Assembly: GCA_965219685.1 (NCBI GenBank)
Contig: CBDCOH010000002.1
Span: 3,264,001-3,328,000 of the forward strand
Reading direction: 5' to 3'
Length of the DNA: 64,000 bases
From: Candidatus Spongiisociaceae bacterium
GTDB lineage: Bacteria; Actinomycetota; Acidimicrobiia; Spongiisociales; Spongiisociaceae
The notes under the pieces: generated by a model
Told to the model about the DNA's origin: nothing
Seen by the model: the letters and a program-made list of their open reading frames with translations, nothing else
Database searches by the model: none
Shown: in pieces, positions 38,060 through 49,723 of the stretch
Layout of the letters: each line of letters starts with the position of its first letter
Numbering within the stretch: position 1 is the first letter of the stretch
Made by a program: the position numbers and the translations under genes

Positions 38060-39088
38060 TCAGCCCTTCGAGTCCATTGCCAGGCGGTGAGGAGGTAGCA
38101 GGTCGAGTTCGTCGTTGCGGACGCAGGCGCTCCGGTGACCCTGTCCGACCTCGGCAAGCGGCGGGACCGCGCCCGAGCACCGGTCTTCCGCGTAGGGGCA
38201 TCGCGGATGGAAGCGGCATCCGGCCGGGATCCCGACGATGTCCCCGATGTCGCCCCTGACTCCCAGTTCGGGCGGCTCGTCATGGGGGTCCGGTACCGGG
38301 ATGGCCGTGACCAGCGCATGCGTGTAGGGGTTGGCTGGGCGCCCGATCACCTGGTCGGCCGAGCCCTCCTCCACCACCTTGCCGAGATACATCACGGCGA
38401 TGCGATCAGCGATCTCCCACGCCACCGACAGGTCGTGAGTGACGAACAGCAGGGTCATCCGGTGGCTCTCCTTGAGCCTCACGAACAGGGAGAGGATGTC
38501 GGAACGCACCGACACGTCAAGCATCGACACCGGCTCGTCCGCTATGAGCAACTCAGGTCGCAGGACGATCGCAGCCGCGATGGAGACCCTCTGGCGCTGC
38601 CCACCCGACAGTTGATGGGGAAACAGCTTGGCGAACTCGGCGGCCGGTTCCAGCCCGCACTCCTCCAGGGCTTCGTGGACTCTCGTTTCGAGTCCGGCCC
38701 GGGACGCTTCCAGTTTGTGGACCCGCAGAGGCTGGGCGACGATCGAGAAGATCGACTGGCGGCGGTCGAACGACTCGAAAGGATCCTGGAACACGTACTG
38801 CACCCGTCGCCGCATAGCGCGCAGCTCGCTCCTGGGAAGCTGCGCCACGTCGACCTCGCCGAACCGGACCGAACCCGACGTGATGGGCGCCAGGTGACCG
38901 ATGGCTCGTACCAGCGTCGTCTTGCCCGAACCCGACTCCCCCACTATGCAAAGCGTCTCCCCGGCGAAGATGTCGAGGTCGACACCGTCCACGGCTCGCA
39001 CGGCGTCCCCGACCCGGCGCGAGCGCTTGAAGTGCACGTTCAGATCGCGGACCGTGACGAACGCAGGTGCGGCTGCTCGCTCAGGCAT
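38060..39088 (-). CDS. ABC ATP-binding protein (OppF/DppF)
   Basis: GESGSGKT, LSGGQRQR, ADEPVSMLD, GCRFHPRC. Confidence 0.95.
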   Translation of the reverse strand: MPERAAAPAFVTVRDLNVHFKRSRRVGDAVRAVDGVDLDIFAGETLCIVGESGSGKTTLVRAIGHLAPITSGSVRFGEVDVAQLPRSELRAMRRRVQYVFQDPFESFDRRQSIFSIVAQPLRVHKLEASRAGLETRVHEALEECGLEPAAEFAKLFPHQLSGGQRQRVSIAAAIVLRPELLIADEPVSMLDVSVRSDILSLFVRLKESHRMTLLFVTHDLSVAWEIADRIAVMYLGKVVEEGSADQVIGRPANPYTHALVTAIPVPDPHDEPPELGVRGDIGDIVGIPAGCRFHPRCPYAEDRCSGAVPPLAEVGQGHRSACVRNDELDLLPPHRLAMDSKG

Positions 39089-40058
39089 CGGCGCGTTCTC
39101 CGTCGCCGTATAGGTGGCAGGTCGCGACCTGGGTACCCGCGAACCGGGTCCATCCGGGCACCTGGATCGAGCAGACCTCCATGGAGTCGGGGCACCTCGG
39201 GTGGAAGCGGCACCCGGCGGGAGGCCGGACCAGGGAAGGCGGGGTTCCGGGAATGCCGTGGGACTTGCCGCGGCCCCTCGCGAAGTTGGGCACCGACTCG
39301 AGCAACGCCCGCGTGTACGGATGCTTGGGGTGGTCGTAGATCTCCTCCACGCTGCCCTCTTCCACGGCCCGCGCCGCGTAGAGCACCACCACCCGGTCGC
39401 ACAGGCGGGCGACCACGCCGAGGTCGTGGGTGATGAACAGGATCGTGAGGTCGAGGACCTCCCGCAGGTTCTCGAGAAGTCTCAGGATCCGGGCCTGGAC
39501 GATCACGTCGAGGGCGGTGACCGGCTCGTCGGCGATCAGCAGCGCCGGACGACCGCTGAGGGCCATGGCGATCCCGGCCCGCTGGCGCATCCCGCCCGAG
39601 TACTCGTACGGGTAGGCCCGGTGCCGGTCTCCGGGAATCCCCACCAGCGCGAGCAGTTCGTGAGCGCGTTCAGCTGCGCCGGCTTTGGAGATGTCGGGCT
39701 CGTGGGTGAGGATCGGCTCCGCAACCTGGTCGAGCACCCTCCGGACCGGATTGAGCGAGTTCATAGCTCCCTGGAAGACCATGCCCATGCGGAGGCCCCT
39801 GACCATCCGCCACCCGGTCTCGTCCAGCCCCGTCATCTCGGCCCCGTCGAATCGGATGGACCCGCCGGTCACGGCCCCGTTACGCGGTAGGAGCCCCATC
39901 ATCGCCAGGGCCAGGGTCGACTTCCCCGAACCGCTCTCGCCGACCAGTCCCACCACCGAACCGGTCTCGATGTCGAAGCTCACCTGGTCGGCGGCCCGTA
40001 TGACCCTTCCGGCCCTGCGGTACTCCACGGTGAGATCTCTGATGGTGAGGAGGGCCAC
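39081..40058 (-). CDS. ABC ATP-binding protein (OppD/DppD)
   Basis: GESGSGKS, YSGGMRQR, ADEPVTALD; GTG start after GGAGGAG. Confidence 0.94.
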   Translation of the reverse strand: MALLTIRDLTVEYRRAGRVIRAADQVSFDIETGSVVGLVGESGSGKSTLALAMMGLLPRNGAVTGGSIRFDGAEMTGLDETGWRMVRGLRMGMVFQGAMNSLNPVRRVLDQVAEPILTHEPDISKAGAAERAHELLALVGIPGDRHRAYPYEYSGGMRQRAGIAMALSGRPALLIADEPVTALDVIVQARILRLLENLREVLDLTILFITHDLGVVARLCDRVVVLYAARAVEEGSVEEIYDHPKHPYTRALLESVPNFARGRGKSHGIPGTPPSLVRPPAGCRFHPRCPDSMEVCSIQVPGWTRFAGTQVATCHLYGDGERADA

Positions 40059-40065
40059 AGCTTGT

Positions 40066-40971
40066 CTACTCCTCCCGGCGGCGTGGGTCGATGACATCGG
40101 CCAAGGCGTTGCCGATCAGCGTGAAGGACAGGACCATGAGGGTGATGAGAAGGCCGGGCGGGATCAGCACCCACCAGTATCCCAACGAGGTCGCGCCGGA
40201 ACTGAAGGCGTTCTGGAGCATCTTCCCCCAGGAGATGAGTGACGGGTCTCCCAATCCGAGGAAGGCCAGCACCGCTTCGGTGAGGATGGCGGCGGCGGTC
40301 AGCAGGATGGCGTTGGCGAGAACTATCCCCGCCACGTTGGGAAGCACATGCGTCCACATGATGTGCAGGGGGCGCATCCCGATCGCCTTGGCCCGCAGGA
40401 TGAAAGTACGTTCTCGTTGGCTGAGAACCTCGGCCCGGATGAGGCGGGCCGGTACCGCCCAACTCGTCACGCCGATCACCACGATGATGGTGGGAAGGCC
40501 ACGGGAAAGCACCGCGGCGAGGACGATGATCAAGGGAAGGGCCGGGATCGTTATGAACATGTCCGTGATACCCATGGCGGCCTGGTCGAAACGGCCACCG
40601 ATGTACCCGCTGGTGATCCCCACGACGCTGCCGATTAGAACCGCAATGGCGGTAGCCGCCACACCGACCGCCAGCGAGATCCCGGCCCCCACGGCCAACT
40701 GTTCCCACACCGAACGGCCCAAGTTGTCCGTTCCCAGCAGGTAATCCACGGATGGCGCCCGGAAACGGTCCTCCACGGTCTCTCCGGCTGCCGGCGGGTT
40801 CTCGTAGGCGAGGAAGCCCGCCACCCCGTACACAAGGAACGCGGCCAGGAGCATCATGCCGATCTTGCCCCGGCCGGTCCGCCAGAGCTCGAGCAGCGCA
40901 CCGCCCCGCTCCCTCACGGTCCGGTCCCCAACCGCCGGTTCGCCGGCCGATGCCGCGTCCGGAGCGCTCAT
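40066..40971 (-). CDS. ABC permease (OppC/DppC)
   Basis: LLGTDNLGR, ARLIRAEVLS, EAVLAFLGLG, SWGKML. Confidence 0.94.
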   Translation of the reverse strand: MSAPDAASAGEPAVGDRTVRERGGALLELWRTGRGKIGMMLLAAFLVYGVAGFLAYENPPAAGETVEDRFRAPSVDYLLGTDNLGRSVWEQLAVGAGISLAVGVAATAIAVLIGSVVGITSGYIGGRFDQAAMGITDMFITIPALPLIIVLAAVLSRGLPTIIVVIGVTSWAVPARLIRAEVLSQRERTFILRAKAIGMRPLHIMWTHVLPNVAGIVLANAILLTAAAILTEAVLAFLGLGDPSLISWGKMLQNAFSSGATSLGYWWVLIPPGLLITLMVLSFTLIGNALADVIDPRRREE

Positions 40972-42020
40972 GACGATCTGATCCGCGGGTCGAGACGAGA
41001 ATAGAACAGGTCGGCGACCATGGTGGCGATCACCACGATCACCGCGATGACGAAGAAGGCCGCCTCCAGCAGCGGCAGATCCCTGTCCTGCACCGCCTCG
41101 TACATGAGAAGCCCGAGCCCGGGCCACGAGAAGACAACCTCGGTCTGGATGGTCCCGGCCATGAGCAGGCCGAGGGTGAGGGCCATCAGGGTGAAGGTGG
41201 GCAGGAAGGCGTTCCGCACGCCGTAGCGCCACAGGATCGTGCGGGGCCGCAGACCCCGCGCCCTGGCCGCCAGCATGTAGTCCTCGTCGGCCACCTCCGC
41301 CAGCGAGTTCCGCATGATCAGGGCGATCGACCCCACGCTCACGATGGCGATGGTGGCGGCGGGGAGCACCAGATGTTCCACCACGTCCCATACCTCGTCC
41401 AACGGAGTCCGGTAGATGGCGGCCACGGACCGTATCCCGGCTACGGGAAGCCAACCGAGACTGATGCTGAACAGCAGGACCAGCATCAGGCCCACCCAGA
41501 AGGTGGGAAGGCTCCACAGGGTCAGGGCGGTCAGCGTGAGGGAGGTGTCCGTGCGGGTGCCCCGCCGCCAGCCGGCCACGATGCCGAACGCCAGACCGAA
41601 CACGAAGATGAGCACCAACGCCGCCCCCGTCAGGATGAGCGTGTTGGAGAGCGCCGGCCTGAGCAGATCGGTCACCGGCATGCGGGCCTTGAACGAGATG
41701 CCCGTGTCGAACCGGACGATCTTGGTCAGGTAGGTCAGGTATTGCTGCCAGGCGGGCTCGTTCAGACCGAACGACTCCCGGAGCTGTTCGAAGGCCTCTG
41801 GGCTGAGCCGGCTCTCCCGGGCGATGAGCCGCGCCGGGTCACCGGGGAGCATCCGGAACAGCCAGAAGTTGAACGTCGCCACCATGAACAGGGTGATGAA
41901 CGCCTGCAGGACGCGGCGCGCCGGGTAGCTGCGCAACCAGCGCCACCTGACCGGCCGCTCGATGGGGACGTCGGCCAGCCGGGAACCGGCCGACGCTCCC
42001 CTAACGCTCGGCGAACTCAC
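40968..42020 (-). CDS. ABC permease (OppB/DppB)
   Basis: LPGDPA, EDYMLAARARGL, EVVFSWPGLG, LDPRIR. Confidence 0.94.
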   Translation of the reverse strand: MSSPSVRGASAGSRLADVPIERPVRWRWLRSYPARRVLQAFITLFMVATFNFWLFRMLPGDPARLIARESRLSPEAFEQLRESFGLNEPAWQQYLTYLTKIVRFDTGISFKARMPVTDLLRPALSNTLILTGAALVLIFVFGLAFGIVAGWRRGTRTDTSLTLTALTLWSLPTFWVGLMLVLLFSISLGWLPVAGIRSVAAIYRTPLDEVWDVVEHLVLPAATIAIVSVGSIALIMRNSLAEVADEDYMLAARARGLRPRTILWRYGVRNAFLPTFTLMALTLGLLMAGTIQTEVVFSWPGLGLLMYEAVQDRDLPLLEAAFFVIAVIVVIATMVADLFYSRLDPRIRSS

Positions 42021-42071
42021 CCTCGCGGCATGGCGGTCACCAAAAGAACCGGCCTACCTCCAGCGGTTCGA

Positions 42072-43775
42072 TCAGGCCTCGCTGACGACCAGGAAGGTCT
42101 CCGTGGACCAGTTGGTGGTGATCCCGTTGTTGATGAACGGCCAACCGGTGAGGTTGTCGTCCCGGTACGCCTGCAGCTTGGTGGGATAGGCCATCACGCA
42201 GTAGGCGAAGGAGTCGTAGAAGATCTGCTGGGCCTGCTTGACCATCCTCAGGCGTTCCGCCGGATTCCCCTCCGTCTGCTGCGCCTTGAACAGGGATTCG
42301 TACTCCGCGTCGCAGTAGTAGGTGTCCGAGAGGTTCCCGAACTGGTCGCACGACTGCACCGACAGCATGAAGGTGGCGTCGGGTGGGGTCTGCCACACCC
42401 AGGTGTACATGTCCCAGTCGGCATCGACGAACACGCGCTGGATGAGCGTCGGGTCGTCCTCGCCGAACACACCCTGTATCTCCATACCGACATCCTCGAG
42501 CATGGGCTTGATGAGCTCCGCGTACAGGGGCAGCCGGTCGATCACCGTGGAGGCGAAAAGACGGAAGCTGAGCTTCTCGCCGTCCGGGCTCTCCCGAACG
42601 CCGTCCCCGTCCCGGTCGATGTAACCGGCGGCATCCAGGATCTCGCGGGCCTTGGCCGGGTTGCCGTTGGCCTGCTCCCCCTCGGGTATCTCGAGGTACG
42701 AGTCACCGAGACCGGGCGGAAGGACCACCGATCCCTTCACGCCCCTGCCACCGAGTACCAGATCCACCAGACGCTGGCGGTCCATGGCCCACGACATCGC
42801 CTCGCGGATCACCGGATCCAGCAACAGCGGGTTGCCGCCCGAATCCGGATGTGGCTGTCCCGGATTGTTCGGGTCCTCGTAGACGTTGATCCCGAAGTGG
42901 TCCAGCACCAGTCCCGGATACTCCTCCACCACGACGTTCGGCTCGCCCTGCAGACCAGCCCAAATGTCAGGAGACGAGAGGGTTCCCGTCACGTCGATCT
43001 CGTCGTTGCGCAGCGAGTTGGCGATGGTCTCCTCGTTGGCCAACTGCACCTTGACGATCGATTCCAAGGTGCCGGGCTTGGGGCCGCCGTTGGCTTCCCA
43101 GCCCCACCAGTCGGCGTTGCGGTCCAGCACGAGGCGGTCGTCGGGCTGGTAGCTGTTCAGCGTGAACGCACCCGATCCGATCATCTCGTCGTTGCCGAAG
43201 ATGTCGATTTCCTCGGGGGACATGCCCTGCCAGATGTGCGCCGGGATGATGGGCGCCCCGACGCTCGGGTCGAGGGCCGGGGGACCTGAGAAGTGGAGCA
43301 CGACCGTCAGGTCGTCAGGCGCCTCGACCGTCTCGAGCGGCTCGAAGAAGCCTCCGAACAGACCCTTCTTGGTGTCCCGGTAGAGCTCGAACGAGTACTT
43401 GATGTCCGCCGATGTGAGCGGCTCACCGTCGTGGAACTCCACACCTGCGCGGATCGTGTAGGTCACCGTGGCCCCACCGTTGGACAGTTCCCTGCTGGTG
43501 GCCAGGGCCAGCTGGGGTGAGAGGTTGTCGTCGAACTCCATCAGCCGGTCGTAGACCAGCCAGTGCATGTCCGGGGTTGATACGGTCACTACCGGGTTGG
43601 GGGTGTCGAAGATGTTCAGGTGCCCGAACCGCATTACGCCCGACGCCGTCTCGCCTCCGCATGCCGCGGCAACCACTGGGGAAGCGAGCATCGCCGCCAT
43701 CCCGGCCTTCCCGGTGTAGGCCATGAACTGCCGCCTGCTAATCGGGTTCTGCAGGATTCCTTCCGTATTGGACAT
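42072..43775 (-). CDS. ABC family-5 solute-binding protein, Tat-exported lipoprotein
   Basis: Twin-arginine SRRQFM, lipobox VAAAC, FHDGEPLTSAD, IGSGAF; RBS GGAGGAGG. Confidence 0.93.
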   Translation of the reverse strand: MSNTEGILQNPISRRQFMAYTGKAGMAAMLASPVVAAACGGETASGVMRFGHLNIFDTPNPVVTVSTPDMHWLVYDRLMEFDDNLSPQLALATSRELSNGGATVTYTIRAGVEFHDGEPLTSADIKYSFELYRDTKKGLFGGFFEPLETVEAPDDLTVVLHFSGPPALDPSVGAPIIPAHIWQGMSPEEIDIFGNDEMIGSGAFTLNSYQPDDRLVLDRNADWWGWEANGGPKPGTLESIVKVQLANEETIANSLRNDEIDVTGTLSSPDIWAGLQGEPNVVVEEYPGLVLDHFGINVYEDPNNPGQPHPDSGGNPLLLDPVIREAMSWAMDRQRLVDLVLGGRGVKGSVVLPPGLGDSYLEIPEGEQANGNPAKAREILDAAGYIDRDGDGVRESPDGEKLSFRLFASTVIDRLPLYAELIKPMLEDVGMEIQGVFGEDDPTLIQRVFVDADWDMYTWVWQTPPDATFMLSVQSCDQFGNLSDTYYCDAEYESLFKAQQTEGNPAERLRMVKQAQQIFYDSFAYCVMAYPTKLQAYRDDNLTGWPFINNGITTNWSTETFLVVSEA

Positions 43776-44070
43776 CGAGCCCTCCTCCACCCGGTTCGAC
43801 TCGTGCGTCCGGGTTATCGCCTCAACAGGGTCCTCGGGGATGTACTACCAGCACGCATGAGGCCGATGAGTGCCCTCCCGTCCCGCGCAAGGGTATCACG
43901 GGCGACTCGGCCAGTCTCGTACGTCTCGGGAGATCGTTAGACACCGGACCGAAACCACCTTGCAAGGACCGGGGATGGTCCGACACCGGTGTGGGGATCA
44001 GCGGTTCGCGCGCTGCCCATACAGCATCTATGACTCGGGATCGAGCGCGCCCATATCAGGTTCTCCACCA

Positions 44071-44110
44071 GTGGGGGGTTCTTCGCACTCGTGGGGGGTT
44101 CTTCGCACTC
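44071..44110. repeat. Perfect 20-bp tandem duplication
   Basis: GTGGGGGGTTCTTCGCACTC x2. Confidence 0.9.
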
Positions 44111-44249
44111 GGTATACAAGCCGAAACAACACATCAACTGGTGGAATCCCCCCAACATCACCTATCCGCGCGGTCCCATATTACTAACACCTTGCAAGAT
44201 AAACTCATAGCAACTTCAATTGAGAAGGAAGGCAACGTGAGGATTCCCG

Positions 44250-45434
<1,185 letters not shown>

Positions 45435-45437
<3 letters not shown>

Positions 45438-45468
45438 CTCAGCGCTGCACGTGTGTAGCGCTGAGTCA
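45435..45468. terminator. Hairpin at CDF stop (possibly bidirectional terminator)
   Basis: TGACTCAGCGCT...AGCGCTGAGTCA, a 12-bp inverted repeat. Confidence 0.65.
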
Positions 45469-45710
45469 TGGCTCAGTGTCTTCCCCAGGGCTGGCGATCT
45501 TCATCTCCGCCCCGGCCGTCATCCTCGCCGGCCCAGGACTCAGTCATGCCTTCGACGCTCGAGCCGCTAGTCCGGCTTCGCGAGAGGGGTCTTGATTCGG
45601 AGCCGCCTCCTATGACCAGCGCAGGGAACAAACCAGGCATGAGGCTAAGGACGCGGACCCTCACCGCAGACCACCGCGGTTTACCGATCAGTGGCGACCT
45701 CGCCTGCCTT

Positions 45711-45956
45711 CTAACCGCCGCCGATGGCGGGAAGGAAGTGCACCTCGGCGTCCTCGGGTAGCGGCTCGTAGATGGCATCGGCGATGATCTCGCCATCTAT
45801 GGCCACGGCAATGCCCGATTTCAACTGCTCCCCCACACCCGGGAACAGCCGGTCGAGTTCGGCCACGAGCGAACGCACGGTGGCAGCCTCTACCTCTACC
45901 TCCTCGACCCCTCCGGTGAACCGTCGCAGGGCCGAACCGAGGAAGACGCGGGCCAT
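45711..45956 (-). CDS. MoaD/ThiS-family sulfur carrier
   Basis: 81 aa, ends FLPAIGGG; coupled to the Mo-subunit gene. Confidence 0.88.
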   Translation of the reverse strand: MARVFLGSALRRFTGGVEEVEVEAATVRSLVAELDRLFPGVGEQLKSGIAVAIDGEIIADAIYEPLPEDAEVHFLPAIGGG

Positions 45957-48244
45957 CAGCCGCCGTTGCCACCGATCGCGGCCAGCACCTTCACCGGCGA
46001 CATCGGCAACTCGCCGAGCCGCAGACCGGTGGCGCCGTGTATGGCGTTGGCGATGGCCGCCATCGGCGGGACGATCCCCACTTCGCCGACGCCCCGCACG
46101 CCGTACGGATGGCCCGGGTTGGGCACTTCGACCACCACGGTGTCGATCATGGGAAGGTCCGAGGCCACCGGCATCCGGTAGTCGAGGAACCCGGGGTTCT
46201 CCATGGCTCCCCGATCATCGAAGATGTACTCCTCGTTGAGAGCCCAGCCGATCCCCTGGACCACCCCTCCCTGCATCTGGCCCTCTACGTAGCTGGGGTG
46301 GATGGCCCGGCCGGCGTCCTGGGCCGTGGTGTAGCGCAGGATGGTTACGGCCCCGGTCTCGGGGTCGACCTCCACGTCGCAGACCTGGGTCGAGAAAGCC
46401 ACGCCCACGCCGCGTGCGTTCAGGGAGGCCGAAGCGGTGATCGGGCCACCCGTCTTGCCCGACGATTCGGCGAGGTCCTCCGTCGTGAGGGGAGCGCGAT
46501 CGCCGTCGACATGCTGAGCACGGCCGTCCACCCACTCCACCTCGTCGACGTCGACGTCCCAGATCTTGGCGGCCCTGGCCCGCATGTCGGCCACCAGCTC
46601 GCGGCATGCCTCGATCACCGCCATGCCCGTGGCGTGCGTTACCCGGCTTCCGCCGGTCAGGTCGGTGAACCCGATCGACTCGGTGTCGGCGATGATCGGC
46701 GTGATCCGGTAGACATCGATCCCGAGTTCCTCCGCCGCCATCAACGCCATCGAGGCGCGGCTGCCGCCGATGTCGGGGCTTCCCGTCATGACCGAGGCGC
46801 CCCCGTCCTCGTTGATGTGCACCGTGGCGCTCGAGTTGGAACCGATGTTGAACCAGAACCCGCTCGCCACCCCGCGGCCCTGGTTGGGTCCCAGCAACTC
46901 CGAGTAGTGGGGATGGTCCTTGATCGCCTCGACCGTCTCGCGGTACCCGATCTTGCGGAACTTGGGACCGTAGACGGACTTGACACCCTCCTCGACCGCG
47001 TTGCGAAGGCGCAACTCCAGGGGATCCATCCCGATCTCCTCGGCCAGTTCGTCGAGCACCGTCTCGGAGGCAAAAGCGGCCATAGGTGCTCCGGGGGCCC
47101 GGTATGCAGCCACTTTCGGCATGTTGTTGACGACGTCGAAGCCCTCGAGGAAGAAGTTGGGAACGTCGTAAGGAGTGAGGATGCACATGAGGCCCAACTG
47201 CACCTGCGAGCCTTTGAAGGCGCCGGCCTGGTAGGCCAGCCATCCCTCGGCGGCGACCAGCTTGCCGTCCCGGCGAACGCCCATTTTCAGGCGCATCTTG
47301 GATCCCGAGGTCGGGCCCGTGGCACGGAAGACCTCGTCCCGGCTCATCACGATCTTGACCGGTCGACCGGCCTTCTGCGACAGCAGGGTCGCCACCGGCT
47401 CGACGTAGACAACGGTCTTGCCTCCGAAACCTCCGCCGATCTCAGCCGGGATGACCTTGATCCGAGAGGGTTCCCACCCGAGTAGCTTGGCGGTGAGGGT
47501 ACGCACCATGAAGTGTCCCTGGGACGAGCACCACACCACCGCGCGGCCGTCCTCGGCGGTATCGGCGACGACGGCATGCGGTTCGATGTAGCCCTGATGG
47601 ACGGGCCGGGTGAGGAACTCCCGCTCGACGATCACGTCTGCTTCGGCGAATCCCTGCTCCAGATCTCCCCGCTCGTAGACGTGCCGCGCCGCGATGTTCG
47701 AAGCCCTGTCCGGTACCGGGTCGGCGCCTGAGGTGATCAGGTCCGGGTGGAGGATCGGGGCATCGGGCGCCATCGCATCGTCGATATCGATGACATGGGG
47801 AAGCACCTCGTAGTCGACTTCTATCGCCGCCATGGCCGCCAGGGCGACCCTCCGTGAGGTCGCCGCCACCGCAGCGAGGGCGTGACCCTCGTACAGCACC
47901 TTGTCGCGCGCCATGATGTTGCGGCACAGATCGCGATAGTCCACCGCCCCCTCACCGCCCTCGCCGGCTTCCGATTCCAGCATCGGGAAGTCGGCCCCGG
48001 TCACCACCGCCTTCACACCGTCCATGGCCAGGGCCGCGGAGGTGTCGATCGAACGGATCCGGGCGTGGGCGTGAGGAGAACGAAGGACCATCCCGACGAG
48101 CATGCCGGGTAGGGATAGGTCAGCGCCGAAACGTGCCCGGCCGGTGACCTTGTCGAGGCCGTCGTGGCGGACGGGCCGGGTGCCCACCCACTTGTAGCCC
48201 GGCTTGGTTTCGGTCATGGTTGCAGGGGTGGCGGTAGTGGTCAC
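45956..48244 (-). CDS. Xanthine-oxidase-family molybdopterin subunit
   Basis: HQGYIEPH, GGGFGGK, loop AYRAPGAP, DIGGSR, EGQMQGG, RGVGEVG. Confidence 0.94.
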   Translation of the reverse strand: MTTTATPATMTETKPGYKWVGTRPVRHDGLDKVTGRARFGADLSLPGMLVGMVLRSPHAHARIRSIDTSAALAMDGVKAVVTGADFPMLESEAGEGGEGAVDYRDLCRNIMARDKVLYEGHALAAVAATSRRVALAAMAAIEVDYEVLPHVIDIDDAMAPDAPILHPDLITSGADPVPDRASNIAARHVYERGDLEQGFAEADVIVEREFLTRPVHQGYIEPHAVVADTAEDGRAVVWCSSQGHFMVRTLTAKLLGWEPSRIKVIPAEIGGGFGGKTVVYVEPVATLLSQKAGRPVKIVMSRDEVFRATGPTSGSKMRLKMGVRRDGKLVAAEGWLAYQAGAFKGSQVQLGLMCILTPYDVPNFFLEGFDVVNNMPKVAAYRAPGAPMAAFASETVLDELAEEIGMDPLELRLRNAVEEGVKSVYGPKFRKIGYRETVEAIKDHPHYSELLGPNQGRGVASGFWFNIGSNSSATVHINEDGGASVMTGSPDIGGSRASMALMAAEELGIDVYRITPIIADTESIGFTDLTGGSRVTHATGMAVIEACRELVADMRARAAKIWDVDVDEVEWVDGRAQHVDGDRAPLTTEDLAESSGKTGGPITASASLNARGVGVAFSTQVCDVEVDPETGAVTILRYTTAQDAGRAIHPSYVEGQMQGGVVQGIGWALNEEYIFDDRGAMENPGFLDYRMPVASDLPMIDTVVVEVPNPGHPYGVRGVGEVGIVPPMAAIANAIHGATGLRLGELPMSPVKVLAAIGGNGG

Positions 48245-48738
48245 ACCTTCTCCTTTGCCTCCGAAGCTTCTTTCATGTCAGCGGCTGCCGTCAGGATCGA
48301 CCGGACGATCTTGTCGTAACCGGTGCACCGGCACAGGTTTCCTGCGATGGCATAGCGAACCTCGGTCTCAGTCGGGTCGGGATTCCTGTCGAGCAAGGCT
48401 TTCCCGGCAACCAGGAGTCCAGGCGTGCAGATGCCGCATTGCAGGGCGGCACCCACCAGGAAGTTCTCCTGCAGCGGATGCAGCCCGTCCGGACCGGCCA
48501 AGCCCTCCACAGTTGTGATGACCGCGCCGTCCGCCTCGGGGGCCAGAACGAGGCACGAACACGTGAGCCGGCCGTCCATGATCACCGAGCAGGCGCCGCA
48601 GTCGCCGGTCGCGCACCCCTCCTTGACCCCCATTAGCCCGACGACGTCCCGGAGCGCGTCAAGCAGGGTCTGGTCGCCCTGGCAGAGGAACTCGGCTTCG
48701 TCGCCGTTGATGGTGCAGGTGACGTGGGTGCTACTCAT
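48241..48738 (-). CDS. Mo-hydroxylase [2Fe-2S] subunit
   Basis: GCATGDCGACS, QCGICTPG, GNLCRCTGY. Confidence 0.95.
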   Translation of the reverse strand: MSSTHVTCTINGDEAEFLCQGDQTLLDALRDVVGLMGVKEGCATGDCGACSVIMDGRLTCSCLVLAPEADGAVITTVEGLAGPDGLHPLQENFLVGAALQCGICTPGLLVAGKALLDRNPDPTETEVRYAIAGNLCRCTGYDKIVRSILTAAADMKEASEAKEKV

Positions 48739-48766
48739 ACGGTCTTCCTCGCGATCGGCTGGAACT

Positions 48767-49630
48767 TCATGTCGCGGTTCCTTCCGCCCGGGCGGCTGCC
48801 AGCTTGAGTGCCCTCACGGTCAGCACGCCCGCGACCTGGCGGCGGTACTCCTTGGTACCGCGCTTGTCGTCGATGGGGTTGCAGGCGGCGGCCGCCTCCG
48901 CCGAGACTTGGCTGAGCACGGAATCCGTCAGGCCCTGCCCAATCAGGGCGGCTTCGGCAGCGGATACGCGGACCACGGTCGGAGCCACTGCTCCCAAGGC
49001 GATGGAGGCCGCTGTGCACCGTCCCTCCCCATCCAGCGAGAGACGCGCCCCGGCGCCGACCACCGCGATGTCCATTTCGGTGCGGGGGATGAACCTGAGG
49101 TAAGCGTCGGAGGTCCGCGCCGGGGGCCGGTCGAACTCGAACTCGACTACGAACTCGCCCGGACCGAGGGAAGTCGAGCCAGGACCGGTCACCACCGAGT
49201 CGACGGGAACCGTCCTCGTACCGCCGGGTCCGGCGATCACCGCTCTCCCGTCGTTGACCACCATTGCCGGAACGCTGTCGGCCGCCGGGGAGGCGTTGCA
49301 CAGATTCCCTCCCAGACTGGCCCGACTCTGGATCTGATCGCTCCCGATCAGGGCGGCGGCCTCCACCAGTCCGGGGAGGTCGGCTACCAGGGATTCTTCC
49401 TCGGAGAGGCGCACGGACGGGGTGGCCGCGCCTATCACCCACGTGTCCCCGACCAGGCGCAGGTCGGTCAGCCGGTGGATCCGCTTTAGATCAACGGCCC
49501 GGTCGGGTTCGGGCCGACCCATCCGCAACTGCGGGATGAGGTCCGTGGCGCCGGCGTAGACCTTCGCGTCGCCGTCGCCAGCCAGGACCGCGACCGCTTC
49601 TTCGATGGTTGTGGGGGCTACATACCTCAC
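48767..49630 (-). CDS. Mo-hydroxylase FAD-binding subunit
   Basis: AGATDL, RASLGGNLCNASPAAD, EMDIAVV, PIDDKRGT.EYR. Confidence 0.93.
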   Translation of the reverse strand: MRYVAPTTIEEAVAVLAGDGDAKVYAGATDLIPQLRMGRPEPDRAVDLKRIHRLTDLRLVGDTWVIGAATPSVRLSEEESLVADLPGLVEAAALIGSDQIQSRASLGGNLCNASPAADSVPAMVVNDGRAVIAGPGGTRTVPVDSVVTGPGSTSLGPGEFVVEFEFDRPPARTSDAYLRFIPRTEMDIAVVGAGARLSLDGEGRCTAASIALGAVAPTVVRVSAAEAALIGQGLTDSVLSQVSAEAAAACNPIDDKRGTKEYRRQVAGVLTVRALKLAAARAEGTAT

Positions 49631-49723
49631 GCTGCAACCGACCTCATACCGCTCCTCTCAGGCGACGAACCGTGGACTCCGACCCAGACATCAGCACGGT
49701 TGGCACGCTAGCAGGTGGGGGAA

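Noticed and set aside
41373-43289. 638-aa + strand ORF and similar long ORFs (46037..47485, 38135..39433, 25536..26708, 4591..5700)
   Set aside because: These are antisense or alternate-frame shadows of well-supported genes, expected at high GC, with no recognisable motifs.
45470-45710. Small ORFs or REP-like element between the CDF and moaD
   Set aside because: Only weak GTCAT-containing motifs, with no second copy or recognisable protein.
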